A DNA stretch of 64,000 bases from an uncultured Candidatus Saccharibacteria bacterium (GTDB lineage: Bacteria; Patescibacteriota; Minisyncoccia; Phycocordibacterales; UBA9973). The notes beneath the pieces were generated by a model, which saw only the letters and a list, made by a program, of their open reading frames with translations, made no database searches and was not told where the DNA came from. Positions 9,364-18,121 of this stretch are shown piece by piece (the first letter of the stretch is position 1; each line of letters begins with the position of its first letter). Location: NCBI GenBank assembly GCA_964522195.1, contig CAZFSV010000003.1, positions 29,575-93,574 of the forward strand, in the 5' to 3' direction. The position numbers were made by a program, and so were the translations under genes.

Positions 9364-9445
9364 GGGTAAGTGGCGGAATTGGTATACGCGCTGGTCTTAG
9401 GAACCAGTGCCGCAAGGCTTGAGGGTTCGAGTCCCTCCTTACCCA
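9364..9445 (+). tRNA. tRNA-Leu (anticodon TAG)
   Basis: Acceptor GGGTAAG/CTTACCC, anticodon stem CTGGT/ACCAG with loop CTTAGGA, long variable arm. Confidence 0.85.
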
Positions 9446-9449
9446 CAAA

Positions 9450-9627
9450 AATTCACAAAAGACAGCTAAATGCTGTCTTTTGTGTTATTTTTTTGTGTGG
9501 TAAAGGAGAGGCGAGAAAGACGGAGGCGGTATACAAGAGGAGCACAGCGAGTGCTTGTGGCCGAGTCGGGGTCGCGAAAATTTTCTTTAGAAAATTATTT
9601 GTGACCGAGTCCCTCCTTACCCACAAA
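9450..9627 (+). repeat. tRNA-adjacent mini-element, copy 2, ending in a 22-nt exact direct repeat of the tRNA-Leu(TAG) 3' end
   Basis: cgagtccctccttacccacaaa occurs at 9428..9449 (inside the tRNA) and again at 9606..9627. The internal motif gccgagtcggggtcgcgaaaattttctttagaaaattatttgtgac is shared with copies 1 and 3. Terminator hairpins lie on both sides. Confidence 0.55.
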
Positions 9628-9669
9628 TTTTAAAAAACAGTGATTTTTATCACTGTTTTTTAAATAATG

Positions 9670-9741
9670 AGGCCTGGGGCGGAATCGAACCGCCGTGTGG
9701 AGATTTTGCAGATCTCTGCCTTACCACTTGGCGACCAGGCC
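9670..9741 (-). tRNA. tRNA-Cys (anticodon GCA)
   Basis: Reverse complement GGCCTGGTCGCCAAGTGGTAAGGCAGAGATCTGCAAAATCTCCACACGGCGGTTCGATTCCGCCCCAGGCCT. Confidence 0.8.
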
Positions 9742-9753
9742 GTACTAATAATA

Positions 9754-10077
9754 TTACTTTTCTCTAAGTAATTCGTCAATTTTTTGCCTATTTTTTTCTC
9801 CTTTATCTATTTCTATGTCTATAAAAGGTATGACTTTTGTTTCCATATATTTTTTTAAATATTCACGAATTTCTCCTCTTTTTCTTTTTGCAAAATCTAA
9901 TGCAGGTTTTTCTTTGGATTCTGGTAGTACTGTTATTAAAATAGTACCTTTTTTTAAATCAGGAGAAACAGAAGCTGAAGTAACAGTAATCAAAGAAGTA
10001 TTATTATTTTCTTTCATTAAAAATTCTGCTACATGTTTTTTTATTAATTGGCTAACTTTTTCTTGTCTATCTGTCAT
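9754..10077 (-). CDS. rbfA: ribosome-binding factor A
   Basis: About 107 aa and directly downstream of infB on the same strand, with an RbfA-like sequence. Confidence 0.7.
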   Translation of the reverse strand: MTDRQEKVSQLIKKHVAEFLMKENNNTSLITVTSASVSPDLKKGTILITVLPESKEKPALDFAKRKRGEIREYLKKYMETKVIPFIDIEIDKGEKNRQKIDELLREK

Positions 10078-10081
10078 ATTT

Positions 10082-11587
10082 TTATTTTTGAATTACTGAA
10101 AATGATTCTATAATATCTCCAGCTACTATTTCTAATTTTGATTCTAGCATCATTCCGAATTCTGATCCTTCTTCTACTGTGCTTGTTTTATTTTTTGCTT
10201 TCTCTAGATTTACTAGTTTTCCACGACCAATTTCATTATCTCGACGCATTATGCGAACTGTACCTAAAGAAATATTTCCTTCTACTACTTTACCACCTAA
10301 AACTTGGCGTTCTTTAGTTCGACTAAAGGCTTTTAATATTTTTGCTTTACCTGTAACTTCTGTTGTTTCAACCCTAGGTCTTCTTTTTTCTATTTCTTCT
10401 GTTAGCCATTCAGTCATTTTGTAAATGATATCAAAAGTTTGAGTAGTTATATTTGTTCGGTCTGCAAAATTCCTAGCATTATTTTCTATTTTAACATTAA
10501 AACCTAAAACAATAGTTTCTTCCGTTGCAGTTTTTATATCGTTCTCTCCAATATTCCCTTCACCTTTTGAAATAATCTTGAAATAAGCTCCTTCATTTTC
10601 AATTTTTAAGATTTCTTTTTCTAAAGCTTCGAGTGTGCCTGAAGTGTCGGCTTTTATGATTATAGGAATTATTTTTTTATTAACATTATTTAAATCTCCA
10701 TTATCTATTTGCTTAGAATTAGGATTGTTTAAATTTTCAGTTTTAAATTTTAAAGCTTCATCTTTTTTATCAAAGCTAAAAAATTTCTCTCCAACCTTAG
10801 GCATTTTATCAAAACCAATTAAGCGAATAGGGGACGAGAAAGAAGCCTCGTTTATTGCTTTACCTTTAAAATCTTCTAAAATCCTAACAGGACAAGCGCT
10901 ATCACCTGAAACAACCCACATACCTTTTTCTAAACTACCATTTTTTATAACTAAACTTGCTTCTATTCCTCTTCTTTGGTCTAAGTTTGCTTCAATTATA
11001 AAACCTTCTGCTTTTTGATCTAGGTCTCCTGTGAAATTCTCCATTTCAGAAACTAAGTTTATTAGATTTAATAATTCTTCGATGTTTTTACCAGTTTTTG
11101 CAGAAATTTCTACAAAAGGAATATTGCCACCATAGTTTTCTAAGTAAATACCATTTTCTGCTAACTCTAATTTTACTCTTTCAGGATTTGCTTCTGGTTT
11201 ATCTATTTTGTTAATAGCTACAATTACAGGTATTTTACTCTCTTCAATTGTTTTCCAAGCTTCCAATGTTTGCATTTTTACACCATCTTCAGCTGAAACT
11301 ATTAATATTGCAATATCTGCAGTATTAGCACCTCTTTCGCGCATTTTAGAAAAAGCTGCATGACCTGGTGTGTCTAGAAAAGTTATTTTTTTATCTTTAT
11401 TGTTTTCATCTTTTGCTAAAACTTCATAGCCGGAAATATGTTGAGTTATTCCTCCAGCTTCAGTATCTACAACATTACTTTTCCTAATATAATCCAAAAG
11501 AGTAGATTTACCATGATCTACGTGTCCCATTATAACAACTACAGGTGGACGAATTACTATAGAATTTTCTTTTTTATTTTTTTGCAT
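10082..11587 (-). CDS. infB: translation initiation factor IF-2 (short form)
   Basis: G-domain motifs GHVDHGKS, DTPGH, NKID and the IF-2 C-terminal domains. Its 501 aa lack the long N-terminal extension. Confidence 0.85.
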   Translation of the reverse strand: MQKNKKENSIVIRPPVVVIMGHVDHGKSTLLDYIRKSNVVDTEAGGITQHISGYEVLAKDENNKDKKITFLDTPGHAAFSKMRERGANTADIAILIVSAEDGVKMQTLEAWKTIEESKIPVIVAINKIDKPEANPERVKLELAENGIYLENYGGNIPFVEISAKTGKNIEELLNLINLVSEMENFTGDLDQKAEGFIIEANLDQRRGIEASLVIKNGSLEKGMWVVSGDSACPVRILEDFKGKAINEASFSSPIRLIGFDKMPKVGEKFFSFDKKDEALKFKTENLNNPNSKQIDNGDLNNVNKKIIPIIIKADTSGTLEALEKEILKIENEGAYFKIISKGEGNIGENDIKTATEETIVLGFNVKIENNARNFADRTNITTQTFDIIYKMTEWLTEEIEKRRPRVETTEVTGKAKILKAFSRTKERQVLGGKVVEGNISLGTVRIMRRDNEIGRGKLVNLEKAKNKTSTVEEGSEFGMMLESKLEIVAGDIIESFSVIQK

Positions 11588-12045
11588 TAATTTACTTTTG
11601 ATTTATTTATTACTTCTTGCTCTTCTTCTGATAATTCATACACAGATTTTCCTTTTTTTATTGGTTTTGCAAAAACACTCATTCTTTCACGAGCATAAAG
11701 ACTAGATATTACAACTCCGTCACCTTCTTCGTTTTGCATTCCAATAGCAAAACTTTGAGTTCCTCCTTGGTCTTTAAAAGGATTAAATCTGATTGTTTCA
11801 AGTCCTCTTATGCTTTTCTTTAATTTTTTATTAATTAATTCAAGTTCAGAAAGAATTTCATTTTTTGCTTGTTTTAATTTTAGGACTTCTTCTTCTAATA
11901 TATTTATATTGTCTTCTAAACTACGAGCTTTTTTACCTAAGAAAAATATCTTTAATCTTTTTTCTGTTCTAATCATCCAAAACCAGTTTATTAGTAAAAC
12001 TATAAGTATAAAGACAGAAAAAATAATTTGTAATTTAGTATCCAT
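11587..12045 (-). CDS. hypothetical membrane/coiled-coil protein (DUF4446-like)
   Basis: N-terminal TM, a coiled coil and an RFNPF motif. It overlaps the infB start. Confidence 0.35.
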   Translation of the reverse strand: MDTKLQIIFSVFILIVLLINWFWMIRTEKRLKIFFLGKKARSLEDNINILEEEVLKLKQAKNEILSELELINKKLKKSIRGLETIRFNPFKDQGGTQSFAIGMQNEEGDGVVISSLYARERMSVFAKPIKKGKSVYELSEEEQEVINKSKVN

Positions 12046-12137
12046 ATTATTTTAATATATAACAACTTTGGAAAATTAACAAGGTTTGTGTTATATTTAC
12101 TTAATTTAGTTTTGAGATTATAGTATTTAATATTGTT

Positions 12138-13355
12138 ATGAATAATAAAAAAAATAACCCAAAAAGAATAGTTTATTTAGATAATGCTTCAGCGACAAAG
12201 CTAGATAAAAATGTTTTAAATAAAATATTTTCTGTATTTAAAAAAGATTATGTAAATCCTAGCGCTTTATATGATTTAGGACTGGATTTAAATATTCAAA
12301 TTAAAGAAATTAAAAAACATATTTTAAATTTGTTTAAAAGTGAAATAGGGGAAATTATTTTTACAAGCGGAGCTACTGAGTCTAACAATTTAGCAATTTT
12401 AGGTTTTTTGAATGCTTTACCAAAAAAGAAAAATTTTTTACCTCATATTATTATTTCTAATATAGAACATTCATCAATTTTAGAGCTTTGTAAGAAATTA
12501 GAAAATGATAAAAAAATAGAACTAACTTTATTGCCAGTAGAAGAAAATGGAATTTTAAATTCTAATCTTTTAAGAAAAAATTTAAAAGAAAATACTGTTT
12601 TAGTTTCTGTGATGTATGTTAATAATGAAATAGGCACAATTCAACCTTTAAAAGAAATTACAAAAGAAATTAGACATTACAGGAAACATAATGAAACAAT
12701 TTTTCCAATTCTTCATAGTGATATAACTCAAGCTTTAAATTATTTAGAAATAAATTTTGGAACCTTGGGTATAGATATGGCTTCTTTTAATAGCGCTAAA
12801 ATTTATGGACCAAAAGGAATAGGGATTTTGTATAAAAGAAAAAATTTAAAATTAAACCCTATAATAATAGGAGGCAATCAAGAGAGTGGTTTAAGAGCCG
12901 GAACAGAGAATTTCCCTTTAATAATTGGTTTATATGAATCAGTGCTTGCAACTTTAAAAATTAGAGACAAAGAAGTAAAAAGACTTGTTCCTTTACAGAA
13001 ATATTTTATACAAAAATTAAAAAAAGTTTTTGAAAAATATAAAATTAAATTTACTCTAAATGGAGATTTAGAAAAAAGAATTCCAAATAATATAAATATT
13101 ACTATTTCAAATATTCCTAGTGATCTTATTTTAATAGAATTAGCTAATTATGGAATTTATATTTCAGAGAAAAGTGCTTGCAAATCCGGTGAAAAGAAAA
13201 ATTCTTATGTTATTGAAGCTTTAAATAAAGACACCAATTCTACGTTTAATAGTTTGCGTTTTTCTTTAGGTAGAGAGACAACAAAAGAGGATTTAAATTA
13301 TGTTATATCTATTTTAGATAAAGTTTTAAAAAAGCTTCATAAATGGTATAATTAG
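12138..13355 (+). CDS. cysteine desulfurase / class V aminotransferase
   Basis: N-terminus IVYLDNASATK, PLP fold and a conserved SACKSG region. Confidence 0.7.
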   Translation: MNNKKNNPKRIVYLDNASATKLDKNVLNKIFSVFKKDYVNPSALYDLGLDLNIQIKEIKKHILNLFKSEIGEIIFTSGATESNNLAILGFLNALPKKKNFLPHIIISNIEHSSILELCKKLENDKKIELTLLPVEENGILNSNLLRKNLKENTVLVSVMYVNNEIGTIQPLKEITKEIRHYRKHNETIFPILHSDITQALNYLEINFGTLGIDMASFNSAKIYGPKGIGILYKRKNLKLNPIIIGGNQESGLRAGTENFPLIIGLYESVLATLKIRDKEVKRLVPLQKYFIQKLKKVFEKYKIKFTLNGDLEKRIPNNINITISNIPSDLILIELANYGIYISEKSACKSGEKKNSYVIEALNKDTNSTFNSLRFSLGRETTKEDLNYVISILDKVLKKLHKWYN

Positions 13356-13358
13356 CTT

Positions 13359-13775
13359 ATGCATAATCAAGATGGAATAATTAAAGTATTACACCCGCAT
13401 TGGTTTTATTATTTAGATTTGTATGTATTTTGTATTATTGCTTTAGCTGTAGGTATTGTTTTTGTTTGGCAATTTATAATTTTTTCTATTCTGTTATTTA
13501 TTGGAATTGAAATTTTTCGTAGAGCTCATAAATATTATTTACTTGAAACCGGAGTTTCTAGAGAATATAAATTATTTTCTACTTCTAGAAAATATGCAGA
13601 ATATTATAAAATTCAAAATATAGAAGTTCACCAGACTTTTTTGCAAAATATTTTAGGAGTAGGAACAATAAGGTTTGATACTCCAGGTTCTGATCTATAT
13701 GAAATACATTTTGACGCTGTTTCAAACCCTTATGAGATTGAAAAGAAGGTTCGTAGTTTTTTGAGTCGAGGATAG
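13359..13775 (+). CDS. membrane protein with a bacterial PH-like (YdbS/DUF304-type) domain
   Basis: Two N-terminal TM helices followed by ...GVGTIRFDTPGSDLYEIHFDAVSNP. Confidence 0.4.
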   Translation: MHNQDGIIKVLHPHWFYYLDLYVFCIIALAVGIVFVWQFIIFSILLFIGIEIFRRAHKYYLLETGVSREYKLFSTSRKYAEYYKIQNIEVHQTFLQNILGVGTIRFDTPGSDLYEIHFDAVSNPYEIEKKVRSFLSRG

Positions 13776-13810
13776 TTTTTAAAAATTAATTTTTATGTTA
13801 TATAAAATAT

Positions 13811-14197
13811 ATGGACTTAAAAGATTTAAATAAAGGACAATTTATATTACTTATTATATTGCTTTGTTTTATAGTTTCTATTGCAACTAGTATTACTACT
13901 TATTCTCTTTTGTCTGAGGCTCCTGATACTGTGAAAAAACCTATTACTCAAGTTGTTCAGAAAACTGTTGAAAGAATTGTAGAGATAGAGAAAAATAATA
14001 CCCAATTATCAAAAGAAGAAGCAGAGTTATTAAAAGACTTGAAAGCTCTTAAGCCTCTTATTGATAAATTAGCCCAAGAACAAGATAATTCGAATTCAGA
14101 CACAACTACAGATCCAGATCCAGTAAATACAACAAATAAAAATACAGAAAACACTAATCCAGAAAATCCAAATACGACAGAAAATCCAAATCCTTAA
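13811..14197 (+). CDS. hypothetical membrane-anchored coiled-coil protein with an N/T/P-rich tail
   Basis: N-terminal TM, a coiled coil and a low-complexity NTENTNPENPNTTENPNP C-terminus. Confidence 0.3.
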   Translation: MDLKDLNKGQFILLIILLCFIVSIATSITTYSLLSEAPDTVKKPITQVVQKTVERIVEIEKNNTQLSKEEAELLKDLKALKPLIDKLAQEQDNSNSDTTTDPDPVNTTNKNTENTNPENPNTTENPNP

Positions 14198-14228
14198 ACT
14201 TTAACAACTTTTAATTTTATAACTTACT

Positions 14229-16919
14229 ATGCCACCATTAAATAAATTTACAACTAAAGCAAAAGAAGCAATTAAAAAGGCTCACGAACTCGCTATAGAG
14301 CGGGGTCAGAACCACGTTTCTTCAATGCATTTATTAGGAGCCTTATTGCTTCAAGAAGAAAGTATAGTTTATTCTATTTTAGATAGACTAGAAGTGGATA
14401 CAATTTTATTAACTGATTCTGTTTTAGAATATATAGAAAATCCTGAAAGCCGTAGTACTTTATCTCCTTCATATCAAATTTATTTAAATCCAGACTTAGC
14501 TCAAATAATTGAAAACTCTTTGAAAGTTACAGAATACACAAAAGATGAGTTTGTTTCTACGGAGCATTTATTTATTTCTATGCTTGAAGTAAATGGTGAA
14601 GCAAAAGATATGCTTTCAAAATTTAGAATAAACAAAGAAATGGTTTTGAAGGTGTTATTAGAATTAAGAGAAAATGATTCTGGTGGAGCATCTGAGCCAA
14701 AAAAGTTTAAATTAATTTTAAAGTATACTAGAAATTTAACTCGATTAGCGCGTGAAGATAAATTAGACCCTGTAATAGGTCGTGACAATGAAATAATTCG
14801 TTTAATGCAAATACTTTCTCGTCGTACAAAAAATAATCCTATTTTAATAGGCGAAGCAGGAACAGGCAAAACTGCTGTTGTGGAAGGGCTTGCCCTCCGG
14901 ATTGTAAAAGGCATGGTACCAGAATCTTTGAAAGACAAAGAATTAGTTTCTCTTGATTTAGGTTCTCTTATCGCTGGTACAAAATACAGAGGAGAATTTG
15001 AAGAAAGATTAAAAGGAATAATGAAAGAAATAGAAAAAACAGACGGAAAAATTATTCTTTTTATTGATGAAATACATACTATTGTTGGAGCTGGTGGAGG
15101 AGAAGGAACCTTGGACGCTTCTAATATGTTAAAACCAGCTTTAGCTCGCGGTGAATTGCGGGCTATTGGTGCTACAACAATAAAAGAATATCAAAAGTAT
15201 ATAGAAAAAGACCCAGCCTTGGCTCGTCGTTTTCAACCTATTTATGTTGAAGAACCAAATATTGAAGATGCTATCGCTATTTTGCGTGGACTTAAAGAAC
15301 GTTATGAATTATTTCACGGAGTTCGTATAACAGATGATTCAATTTTAGCTGCGGTGAATTTATCTTCAAGATATATTACAAATCGCTTCCTTCCAGATAA
15401 AGCTGTGGATTTGATAGACGAAGCTTCATCTTCGCTTAAAATTTCACTTGAAAATAAACCACCTATTTTAGAAGAAGCAAATAGAAAAATTATGCGTTTT
15501 GAAATAGAAAAAGAAGCTTTAAAAAAAGAACTTAATTTAACCGAAGACAAAGAAAAAAATAAAGAGATTAAAGATCGTATTAAGAATATTGATATGGAGA
15601 TAGCTAATTTGTTTGAAAAAACTAAAGAGCTTGAGCTTAAATGGCAAAACGAAAGAAGTATAGTTTTAGAAATTAGACAAATTAAAAAAGATTTGGAAGA
15701 TTCTCGCATAGAAGCAGAAAATGCAGAAATGAAATCCGATTTATCTTTAGCTGCAGAGATACGTTATGGTAGAATACCAAATTTGAAAAAAGAATTAGAT
15801 AGTAAATTAATTAAATTAAAGAAATTACAGAAAAATCGTAGAATCTTAAAAGAAGAAATTACTGAGGAAGATATCGCTGAAGTTGTTGCAAGGTGGACAG
15901 GAATACCTGTTTCTAAAATGCTTGAAGAAGAAAAAGAAAAATTAAGTAAAATAGAAGATCAATTAAAAAATAGAGTTATTGGTCAAAACGAAGCTATTTC
16001 TCGTGTTGGTGAGGTTATTCGTCGTTCTCGTGCAGGTATATCAGATCCTAATCGCCCAATAGGTTCTTTCATTTTCTTGGGTCCTACTGGAGTAGGTAAA
16101 ACTGAACTTACTAAAGCCTTAGGGGAATTTATGTTTAATGACGAGAAAGCTATTATTAGAGTTGATATGTCAGAATATATGGAGCGTCATAGTGTTTCTA
16201 AACTTGTAGGTTCTCCTCCAGGATATGTTGGTTATGATGAAGCTGGTCAATTAACCGAAGCTGTACGTCATCGCCCTTATTCTATAGTTTTATTTGATGA
16301 AATAGAAAAAGCTCACCCGGAAGTATTTAATATATTGCTTCAAGTTCTCGATGAAGGACGAATGACAGATGGTAAAGGTAGAGTAGTTAATTTTAAAAAT
16401 ACTATCATAATTATGACTTCTAATATTGGATCTCAACATATAGAAAAAATGGAATCTATTGGATTTTCTAATAATTCTGAAAAAGATGATTATATTCATA
16501 CTAAAGATAAAGTTATGGAATCATTAAAAGAACATTTCCGTCCAGAATTTTTAAATCGTATAGATGAAATTATTTTATTTGATATCTTGTCTAAAGAATC
16601 AATTAAAGAAATTGTAAACATTAGAATTAAAACTATCAAAGAAAGAATTTTAGCCAAAGGAATTAATTTAGAAATTGATGAAAAAGGTTTAGAGTATCTA
16701 GCAGAGGAGGGGTATAATCCACATTATGGAGCAAGACCATTAAACAGACTTATTCAAACTAAAATTTTAAATCCTGTAGCTGGATATATGATTTCAAATG
16801 AAGTAAAAAAAGGAGATAGTGTATTTATTACAACTGATAAAAATAAAAATTTATCTATTACTATAAAAAAGGGAAAAGTTAAAAGTAATTTAAAAATTAA
16901 AAGCAGACTAAAAGCTTAA
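14229..16919 (+). CDS. clpB: ATP-dependent chaperone ClpB
   Basis: An 896-aa protein with a Clp N domain, two AAA modules (GEAGTGKT; GPTGVGKT) and a long middle coiled coil. Confidence 0.9.
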   Translation: MPPLNKFTTKAKEAIKKAHELAIERGQNHVSSMHLLGALLLQEESIVYSILDRLEVDTILLTDSVLEYIENPESRSTLSPSYQIYLNPDLAQIIENSLKVTEYTKDEFVSTEHLFISMLEVNGEAKDMLSKFRINKEMVLKVLLELRENDSGGASEPKKFKLILKYTRNLTRLAREDKLDPVIGRDNEIIRLMQILSRRTKNNPILIGEAGTGKTAVVEGLALRIVKGMVPESLKDKELVSLDLGSLIAGTKYRGEFEERLKGIMKEIEKTDGKIILFIDEIHTIVGAGGGEGTLDASNMLKPALARGELRAIGATTIKEYQKYIEKDPALARRFQPIYVEEPNIEDAIAILRGLKERYELFHGVRITDDSILAAVNLSSRYITNRFLPDKAVDLIDEASSSLKISLENKPPILEEANRKIMRFEIEKEALKKELNLTEDKEKNKEIKDRIKNIDMEIANLFEKTKELELKWQNERSIVLEIRQIKKDLEDSRIEAENAEMKSDLSLAAEIRYGRIPNLKKELDSKLIKLKKLQKNRRILKEEITEEDIAEVVARWTGIPVSKMLEEEKEKLSKIEDQLKNRVIGQNEAISRVGEVIRRSRAGISDPNRPIGSFIFLGPTGVGKTELTKALGEFMFNDEKAIIRVDMSEYMERHSVSKLVGSPPGYVGYDEAGQLTEAVRHRPYSIVLFDEIEKAHPEVFNILLQVLDEGRMTDGKGRVVNFKNTIIIMTSNIGSQHIEKMESIGFSNNSEKDDYIHTKDKVMESLKEHFRPEFLNRIDEIILFDILSKESIKEIVNIRIKTIKERILAKGINLEIDEKGLEYLAEEGYNPHYGARPLNRLIQTKILNPVAGYMISNEVKKGDSVFITTDKNKNLSITIKKGKVKSNLKIKSRLKA

Positions 16920-16921
16920 AT

Positions 16922-16955
16922 TAAAAAATCCCTCACACAACATGAGGGATTTTTT
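16922..16955. terminator. bidirectional terminator (clpB / tRNA-Tyr)
   Basis: aaaaaatccctca-cacaaca-tgagggatttttt. Confidence 0.6.
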
Positions 16956-16960
16956 AATTG

Positions 16961-17044
16961 TGCGCCGGGAAGGATTCGAACCTTCGTAGGGCAAAGCCCG
17001 ACAGATTTACAGTCTGTTGTAATTGACCACTCTACCACCGACGC
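16961..17044 (-). tRNA. tRNA-Tyr (anticodon GTA)
   Basis: Reverse complement GCGTCGG...CAGACTGTAAATCTG...long variable arm...GGTTCGAATCC...CCGGCGCA. Confidence 0.8.
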
Positions 17045-17107
17045 ATTTACAATATATAAAATAACATATTTTTATTTTTTTTGCATCTTTTTAAAGACAT
17101 AGTTTTT

Positions 17108-17143
17108 TTGTTTGTGTTTTTTTAAAAATGTGTTATTGTGAAT
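17108..17143 (+). promoter_or_regulatory. promoter, repeated at 18011..18046
   Basis: ttgtttgtgtttttttaaaaatgtgttattgtgaat, with extended -10 TGTGnTATTgTgAAT. A near-identical 36-mer lies ahead of typA. Confidence 0.45.
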
Positions 17144-17180
17144 TTGAATATTTTTTCTTTCACAATTTAATTTTGAAATC

Positions 17181-17966
17181 ATGAATAGTGATATTAGTTT
17201 CCAAACATCTCAAGCTGCTTTGGCTTTTTATAAGCAAACAGCACAGGATAATGTTGATAAATTAAAAAACAATCCTTACCCTGGTAGAGGTATCGTTTTA
17301 GGTGTTAGTGAAGACGCTAAGTCAGTTTTCCAAATTTATTGGCTCATGGGTAGAAGTGAAAACTCTAAAAATAGAGTTATGAAATTTACTAATACCCCAG
17401 GTATAATTCAAACTGACTTTTTCAATCACAAAAAAGCAGGGGATCCTTCTCTTGTAATATACAATGCTATGCTAGAAGAGGTACATCTTATGCCTGAAGC
17501 TGTTCATTGTTTTGCTGTAAGTAATGGTAACCATACAAAAACTTTATTAAAAAAACACCCTATGGTAAAATTTTATTCCAATTGGTCCTATGAACCAGAT
17601 GAACCTAATTTTACCCCAAGAATCGGAGGTCTCACTGTGATTAGTCAAAACAAGTTATTAAAAAATTTTTTAACTATTATTTCAAAATCAAAAAATTCTT
17701 TTGAAAAAAAGTTTGATCTTTTTGAATTAAAAGATATTGCTGGTGGTGGATATTGTATTCATACTTATGCAGGAGAAGATGAGCCCTTACCTTCTTTTGA
17801 AGGCAAACCTTACCTTTTACCGTTATTAGGTGAATGTGAAGAAATTGTAAATTTTTATTGGGATTTATTAAATCCTGATTACCGTGTTTCGCTTGTGGTA
17901 AAAAAGATTTCAATTCAAGAACCTGCTAATGTAGAAGTTTTGATTAAAAATCAAAACCAAAATTAA
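17181..17966 (+). CDS. IMP cyclohydrolase-like protein (PurO family-like)
   Basis: YPGRGIVLGVSEDAKSVFQIYWLMGRSENSKNR resembles the PurO signature (GRI.AVG...YRVSSRSFPNR). This is a recalled similarity, not an alignment. Confidence 0.35.
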   Translation: MNSDISFQTSQAALAFYKQTAQDNVDKLKNNPYPGRGIVLGVSEDAKSVFQIYWLMGRSENSKNRVMKFTNTPGIIQTDFFNHKKAGDPSLVIYNAMLEEVHLMPEAVHCFAVSNGNHTKTLLKKHPMVKFYSNWSYEPDEPNFTPRIGGLTVISQNKLLKNFLTIISKSKNSFEKKFDLFELKDIAGGGYCIHTYAGEDEPLPSFEGKPYLLPLLGECEEIVNFYWDLLNPDYRVSLVVKKISIQEPANVEVLIKNQNQN

Positions 17967-18010
17967 ATTAATATTTTTTTAAAGCCCGTTTAACTTTGCT
18001 AAACGGGCTT

Positions 18011-18046
18011 TTGTTTGTGTTTTTTTAAAAATGTGCTATTATAAAT
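18011..18046 (+). promoter_or_regulatory. promoter repeat ahead of typA
   Basis: ttgtttgtgtttttttaaaaatgtgctattataaat. Confidence 0.45.
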
Positions 18047-18121
18047 ATGTTGAATTTTAAGCCTTTGGGCTTTTTTTCTTTAAAACAAACTTATTAAATT
18101 ATTAATTAGAAATATTATTTT

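Noticed and set aside
9179-9633. ORFs 9179..9448 (-) and 9370..9633 (+)
   Set aside because: They overlap three tRNA genes and the mini-element. The region is RNA-coding and repeat sequence, not protein-coding.
14501-15709. Antisense ORFs inside clpB (14501..14938 -, 15314..15709 -)
   Set aside because: They lie wholly within a well-supported ClpB frame, have low-complexity Ser/Phe-rich translations and are typical AT-rich antisense artefacts. The same holds for 4983..5219, 5626..5877, 7185..7445, 8088..8537, 10179..11018, 12443..12637, 13957..14154, 25525..25952, 26496..26840, 30261..30819, 33391..34267, 37302..37634, 40106..41122, 41544..42082, 46557..46857 and 58261..58479.
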